64,000 nt of DNA. Source: an uncultured Eubacteriales bacterium (GTDB lineage: Bacteria; Bacillota; Clostridia; Christensenellales; DTU072). The position numbers and the translations under genes were made by a program. Below are positions 60,429 to 64,000 of this stretch, in pieces. Under the pieces are notes generated by a model. That model saw only the letters and a list, made by a program, of their open reading frames with translations. It was not told the origin of the DNA and made no database searches. How positions within the stretch are numbered: position 1 is the stretch's first letter; each line of letters opens with the position of its first letter. The stretch spans positions 32,050 through 96,049 of the forward strand of contig CASFAV010000003.1 in the NCBI GenBank assembly GCA_949292905.1. Reading direction: 5' to 3'.

Positions 60429-62331
60429 AAACGGGGCGATAGTGTACTCGGACGCTTTCCATAAGAAGGCGTTGTACGATATTTCCAACAATTTGTTGAC
60501 GGCGCAGTTCGACGGAACGGGAGCCATATCGAAATACGCGGTTATCAATAAGTGGGATTTCATCGAATGTTATTACAGCCAGCTTGCTTTCAACGGCAAA
60601 GTGTTCGATCTGTATACGCCGAAAAAGGTAACTATGGCAGGCAGGACCCAGATAACCGAAACGGAAACGGAGGACGCCGAGCTCAGGATCACACAGTTTG
60701 CCGACGGCACGACCAACGCGTTGTTCGAGGAATATGAGATAACCGCGAAAAAAGACGTTAAATTCGAAAAAGTCGTCAATTTCGGATTGAATATTACCTC
60801 ATGGATGAAAAACTTTTTCTCTACTAGATTTACATTCCGCAATCTCATGCGGCTTATTTTCGGCACGCTCGGTTCGGAGATAAAAGGGCATCGCAAGAAT
60901 ACCGTATACGACGGGTTTACCGCGATAAGAAATACCGTTATCGAGAGTTTTTATTTCGATTTCGCTGTCGGCAATCCCTGTGAGCCGCTCGAGACCAATC
61001 ATCTGTACACAAACCAGTTCGCCGCGACTCTCGAAGTGCCCGCGGGCGAAACGCGCAGAATGCGTATCGTGCTGAGCGCGGGTACGAAAAAGGATTTCAG
61101 TTACGCCGACGTGGCGGAATGCTACCGCAATTTCGACGAACATAAAAAGGCGGCGGAGAAATATATAGCCGAGCTGCCCTGCCCCGAGACGTGCAAGGGC
61201 GACGAATTCCTCGAAGCGTATTTCAAGAGTTTGTATAACTGCTCTCTTACCATGTACAAAGAGGTGGGCAGATTCCGCGGGTTCCTCGCCGGCATAGTGT
61301 ATCAGTCGCCCGCGAGAACGTATTTCCGCGACGGGTACTGGACGGTATTGAGCGTATTGCCGTACCGCCCCGACCTCGTGAGGAACGAGATAATAACGCT
61401 CGCTACCGGTATAGATAAGGACGGCAAATGTCCTTCCGCCGTCAAATACAATTTCAAGAACTGGTGGGGCAACCACTACGACAGCCCGTCCTGTTTCGCG
61501 GCGATGCTGTACGACTACGTGCGCGCTTCGGGAGACGAAACGATACTCGACGAGCCGTGGCGCGGCGGAACCATACTCGACGCCGCCGTCAAAGTCGTGG
61601 ACAAGCTGTCCGAATACGCCGACGGTACGGGATTGCTTTACAAGGGCGGCGCATATAACCGCAGAGACTGGTGCGACAACGTGTTCCGCAGCGGCTATTG
61701 CACCTACGACGAAGCCTTCTACGCACGCGCTCTGTACGCGTTGAGCGTGATGCTCAAGGACAGGGACAAAGCCGCATCCGACAAGTACGCCGCCAAGTAC
61801 GAGAAAGTGTGCAAAGCCGTCAACGACATACTTTGGGACGCCGAACTCGGCTATTACGTCAACTATAAAAACGAAACGTTCACCGAGGACAATCTCTCGG
61901 TGGATACGGTCACAACGGTATTGTTCGGACTTGCTCCCGAGGACAGGGCGCGCTCCGTGCTCTCGAAGATGGAGAGTCTGTTGGAGTCCCGCAACAACAA
62001 AGAACAGAAAGCGGGGGATTACGGCGTGTTGTCGGTCTATCCTTTCTATAAGGACAACCGCTCCGTGGTACTCAAATCCAGTCTGCCTTATTATTATCAT
62101 AACGGCGGCGATTGGCCGTATTGGTCCGCGGCGTACGCTTACGCCAAGCTCATGTACGGTATGGATTATAAGTATCCGCTTACCCGCTGGTTCGAATACA
62201 ACGTGGCGAAGAACAACTTCACGCCCGTCGAATTCTATGCTCCGCCGCACGCGGACGGTTCGCTCCTGCAGGCGTGGTCGAGCGTGGGCGCTTTCGTCCT
62301 GAGCTACCCCGACGGACGCTTCTTCGAGTGA
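60412..62331 (+). CDS. (alpha/alpha)6-barrel glycoside hydrolase-like protein (GDE_C/GH63-like)
   Basis: 639 aa. The C-terminal 'YHNGGDWPYWSAAYAYAKL' and 'LLQAWS' are typical of amylo-alpha-1,6-glucosidase/GH63-type barrels as I recall them. Confidence 0.5.
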   Translation: MSVSYKNGAIVYSDAFHKKALYDISNNLLTAQFDGTGAISKYAVINKWDFIECYYSQLAFNGKVFDLYTPKKVTMAGRTQITETETEDAELRITQFADGTTNALFEEYEITAKKDVKFEKVVNFGLNITSWMKNFFSTRFTFRNLMRLIFGTLGSEIKGHRKNTVYDGFTAIRNTVIESFYFDFAVGNPCEPLETNHLYTNQFAATLEVPAGETRRMRIVLSAGTKKDFSYADVAECYRNFDEHKKAAEKYIAELPCPETCKGDEFLEAYFKSLYNCSLTMYKEVGRFRGFLAGIVYQSPARTYFRDGYWTVLSVLPYRPDLVRNEIITLATGIDKDGKCPSAVKYNFKNWWGNHYDSPSCFAAMLYDYVRASGDETILDEPWRGGTILDAAVKVVDKLSEYADGTGLLYKGGAYNRRDWCDNVFRSGYCTYDEAFYARALYALSVMLKDRDKAASDKYAAKYEKVCKAVNDILWDAELGYYVNYKNETFTEDNLSVDTVTTVLFGLAPEDRARSVLSKMESLLESRNNKEQKAGDYGVLSVYPFYKDNRSVVLKSSLPYYYHNGGDWPYWSAAYAYAKLMYGMDYKYPLTRWFEYNVAKNNFTPVEFYAPPHADGSLLQAWSSVGAFVLSYPDGRFFE

Positions 62332-62359
62332 CTTGAGGTTAATTTACCGTAAAATTTGC

Positions 62360-62400
62360 GCCCGCGCATACGTGTTACACGTTGCGCGGGCGTGTTCTTT
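62360..62400 (+). terminator. Intrinsic terminator
   Basis: Hairpin cgcccgcgca/tgcgcgggcg followed by a T-rich tract. Confidence 0.7.
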
Positions 62401-62493
62401 TTACGCGCGCCCGAATATTTCTTAAAATAAAGTATTGCATATTCGGAACTTTTAATTTATAATTAAATCAATTATTACGCCCCGGAGAACGCA

Positions 62494-64000
62494 ATGCGGA
62501 AATTCGTACGCCCTGTAATTTTCATGATACTCGTTTTGTGTATGGCGGTGGCGCTGCTTACGGCTTGCAGCGGGACCGATTCGTCGGGTACCGTAAGCGA
62601 TATATTGTCGGTGCGTATAAATTCTTTCCCGTTCGCGTCCACCGAAGTTTTCTACGGCGACGAACTCGATCTCGAGGGGGCAACGCTGCTCGTGGTACGT
62701 AAGGGCGGCACCTCCGTGGTGGACATCACCCCCGACATGATCTCCGGCTACGACAAACTCGCCACCGGCAATCAGGCGCTCACGGTTTCGTACGAAGGGC
62801 ATACCGCCGTCGTCGAGATCACCGTCAAAGAACTCGCCGTGAGCCGCATAGACATAATAGACGGCTCCGAGACGATCAGCGTAGTGCAGGGTAGCGAACT
62901 CAATCTCGCCGGCATCGCTCTCAAAGTCACTTATCAGAACGGCAGAACGGTCACCGTTTCGCAGATAACCGACGTCATGGTACGCGGCTACAGCCCCGAT
63001 CTCGCTCCCGGCATGCACGATATTTTCATCGATTATTCCGGTTATTCCGTGGCGCTCGAGATAGAAGTGGTCGCCAAGACGGTGATCTCCGTCGAGATCG
63101 TCTCCGAACCCTCCATCAACAGCTATTTCGTCAAGACCGCCGAGGAGAACGAAGGCGCTCTCGATCCTACGGGACTGGTCATACAACGCAATTTCGACAA
63201 CAACACCTCCGATACTTTGGTTTATACGGAAGGGGACGAGGACTTCGTATTCGAGTACGACTTCACGATAGTCAACTCCCGTTCGCAGGTCGTGATGTAT
63301 TACCGCGGTTGCTACGAGAGCTTCAACGTGAAGGTCCTCGAACCGCAATGTTCCCGCGTGCAGATCACCGAATATCCCGTTCCCGTGGGCATACACCTCG
63401 ATCCCGATCACGTCTCCGACCTCAATTCCCTCATCCAGGGCGACAGAATAGATTGGTCCACGGGCGCCGCGACGGTGTATTTCAACGACGGCACGGTAAT
63501 AGCCGATATACCTCTTTCCGATCTCGTGTTCGGCGTATTCGTCGACAGATTCGACGACAGCGGATATATTCAGAATAAGGAAACTTACGTATTCGACGAG
63601 GTCGGGACGCATACCGTTTACGTGCGCTACGGCAATTACGACGTTCCCTCCGAAATAAGCGTCAACGTCGTGGCGAAACAGCCGTACTTGCTCCTGTTGG
63701 CGGATTCGCGTCTCGCTGACGGCGGTACCGCCGCGGACGGCTCCGTCACCATTGAGGACCGCGAATTCATAGAGGGTACGAGATTCGACACCGGTTATCT
63801 CAGATACAATATCCGCTACGACAACGGTACTTACGAGTATCCCGTCGACGACGTTTCCGCATGGGCGTCGATAAACGCCGACATGCTTGCGGACGCCGAG
63901 AACAACTCGCTTACGCTATACGTCGAATACACCGACGCGCAAGGCTATCAGAGCATTATTTTCGAGGCGCGCGGCGTGCAGAACAGTTTCCGCGTCAAGG
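62494..64000 (+). CDS. Lipoprotein with tandem bacterial Ig-like modules (3' end outside window)
   Basis: This ORF is not in the supplied track because it has no stop inside the window. I translated it by hand from the ATG at 62494 (GGAG 7 nt upstream) and found no stop through 64000. It has a signal peptide plus lipobox 'LLTAC'. Repeated 'Y.GDELDL.GA.L.V....G....VDITPDMISGYD....G.Q.LTVSY.G' modules are present. Confidence 0.75.
   Translation, partial: MRKFVRPVIFMILVLCMAVALLTACSGTDSSGTVSDILSVRINSFPFASTEVFYGDELDLEGATLLVVRKGGTSVVDITPDMISGYDKLATGNQALTVSYEGHTAVVEITVKELAVSRIDIIDGSETISVVQGSELNLAGIALKVTYQNGRTVTVSQITDVMVRGYSPDLAPGMHDIFIDYSGYSVALEIEVVAKTVISVEIVSEPSINSYFVKTAEENEGALDPTGLVIQRNFDNNTSDTLVYTEGDEDFVFEYDFTIVNSRSQVVMYYRGCYESFNVKVLEPQCSRVQITEYPVPVGIHLDPDHVSDLNSLIQGDRIDWSTGAATVYFNDGTVIADIPLSDLVFGVFVDRFDDSGYIQNKETYVFDEVGTHTVYVRYGNYDVPSEISVNVVAKQPYLLLLADSRLADGGTAADGSVTIEDREFIEGTRFDTGYLRYNIRYDNGTYEYPVDDVSAWASINADMLADAENNSLTLYVEYTDAQGYQSIIFEARGVQNSFRVK

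Noticed and set aside
59226-63612. Minus-strand ORFs 59226..60065, 60799..62250 and 62452..63612
   Set aside because: They are antisense to the Gfo/Idh/MocA gene, the GH-like gene and the unlisted plus-strand lipoprotein gene at 62494. That lipoprotein gene has an RBS, a lipobox and Ig-like repeats.

Overview
The window comes from a moderately GC-rich, Gram-positive-type chromosome. I infer it is Clostridia-like from the GGAGG Shine-Dalgarno sites, lipoboxes, intrinsic terminators and gene content. No search was possible.

Left third (1-18.4 kb) is housekeeping:
- the tail of an amino-acid ABC transporter and a TrpR-like regulator
- glycerol dehydrogenase plus a fused dihydroxyacetone kinase
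- a cobalamin-riboswitch-controlled uptake pair
- a one-carbon block: core metH, a stand-alone MetH reactivation-domain protein, metF, a CrtI-like/FNR-like redox pair and fhs
- two membrane-tethered XRE regulators and a GPH-family symporter

Middle third is accessory:
1. 19.2-24.7 kb holds a tightly packed seven-gene operon. It encodes a small candidate modifier ending -VGD, a divergent E2/UBC-like protein, a Rossmann-like orphan, a beta-helix-like protein whose tail ends -RGGR, a JAB(JAMM)::E1(ThiF) fusion, a 4-Cys zinc-ribbon protein and a transglutaminase-like cysteine protease. I regard this as the most likely undescribed system: a ubiquitin-like conjugation cassette with a composition I do not recognise.
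2. An AAC(6')-like GNAT and a ZIP metal transporter follow.
3. A roughly 12.2-kb island is bounded by a 16-bp direct repeat derived from the 3' end of tRNA-Ser(CGA). It carries a visibly AT-rich operon (HTH, RhuM fragment, two Dam-class MTases, an AlwI-family REase, and a 922-aa PHP + coiled-coil ABC/SMC-like ATPase). It also carries a GPH symporter fused to a ~440-aa coiled-coil tail, a lipoprotein and an IS200 copy. No integrase is present.

Right third is a glycan-foraging and surface-protein cluster: GLUG-repeat proteins including a 1885-aa giant, GH2 beta-galactosidase, GH20 hexosaminidase, other GH-like proteins, PHP, GDPD and Gfo/Idh/MocA enzymes, plus citrate synthase.

Many long ORFs in the track are antisense shadows of real genes and were rejected. 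No CRISPR array or rRNA was seen.
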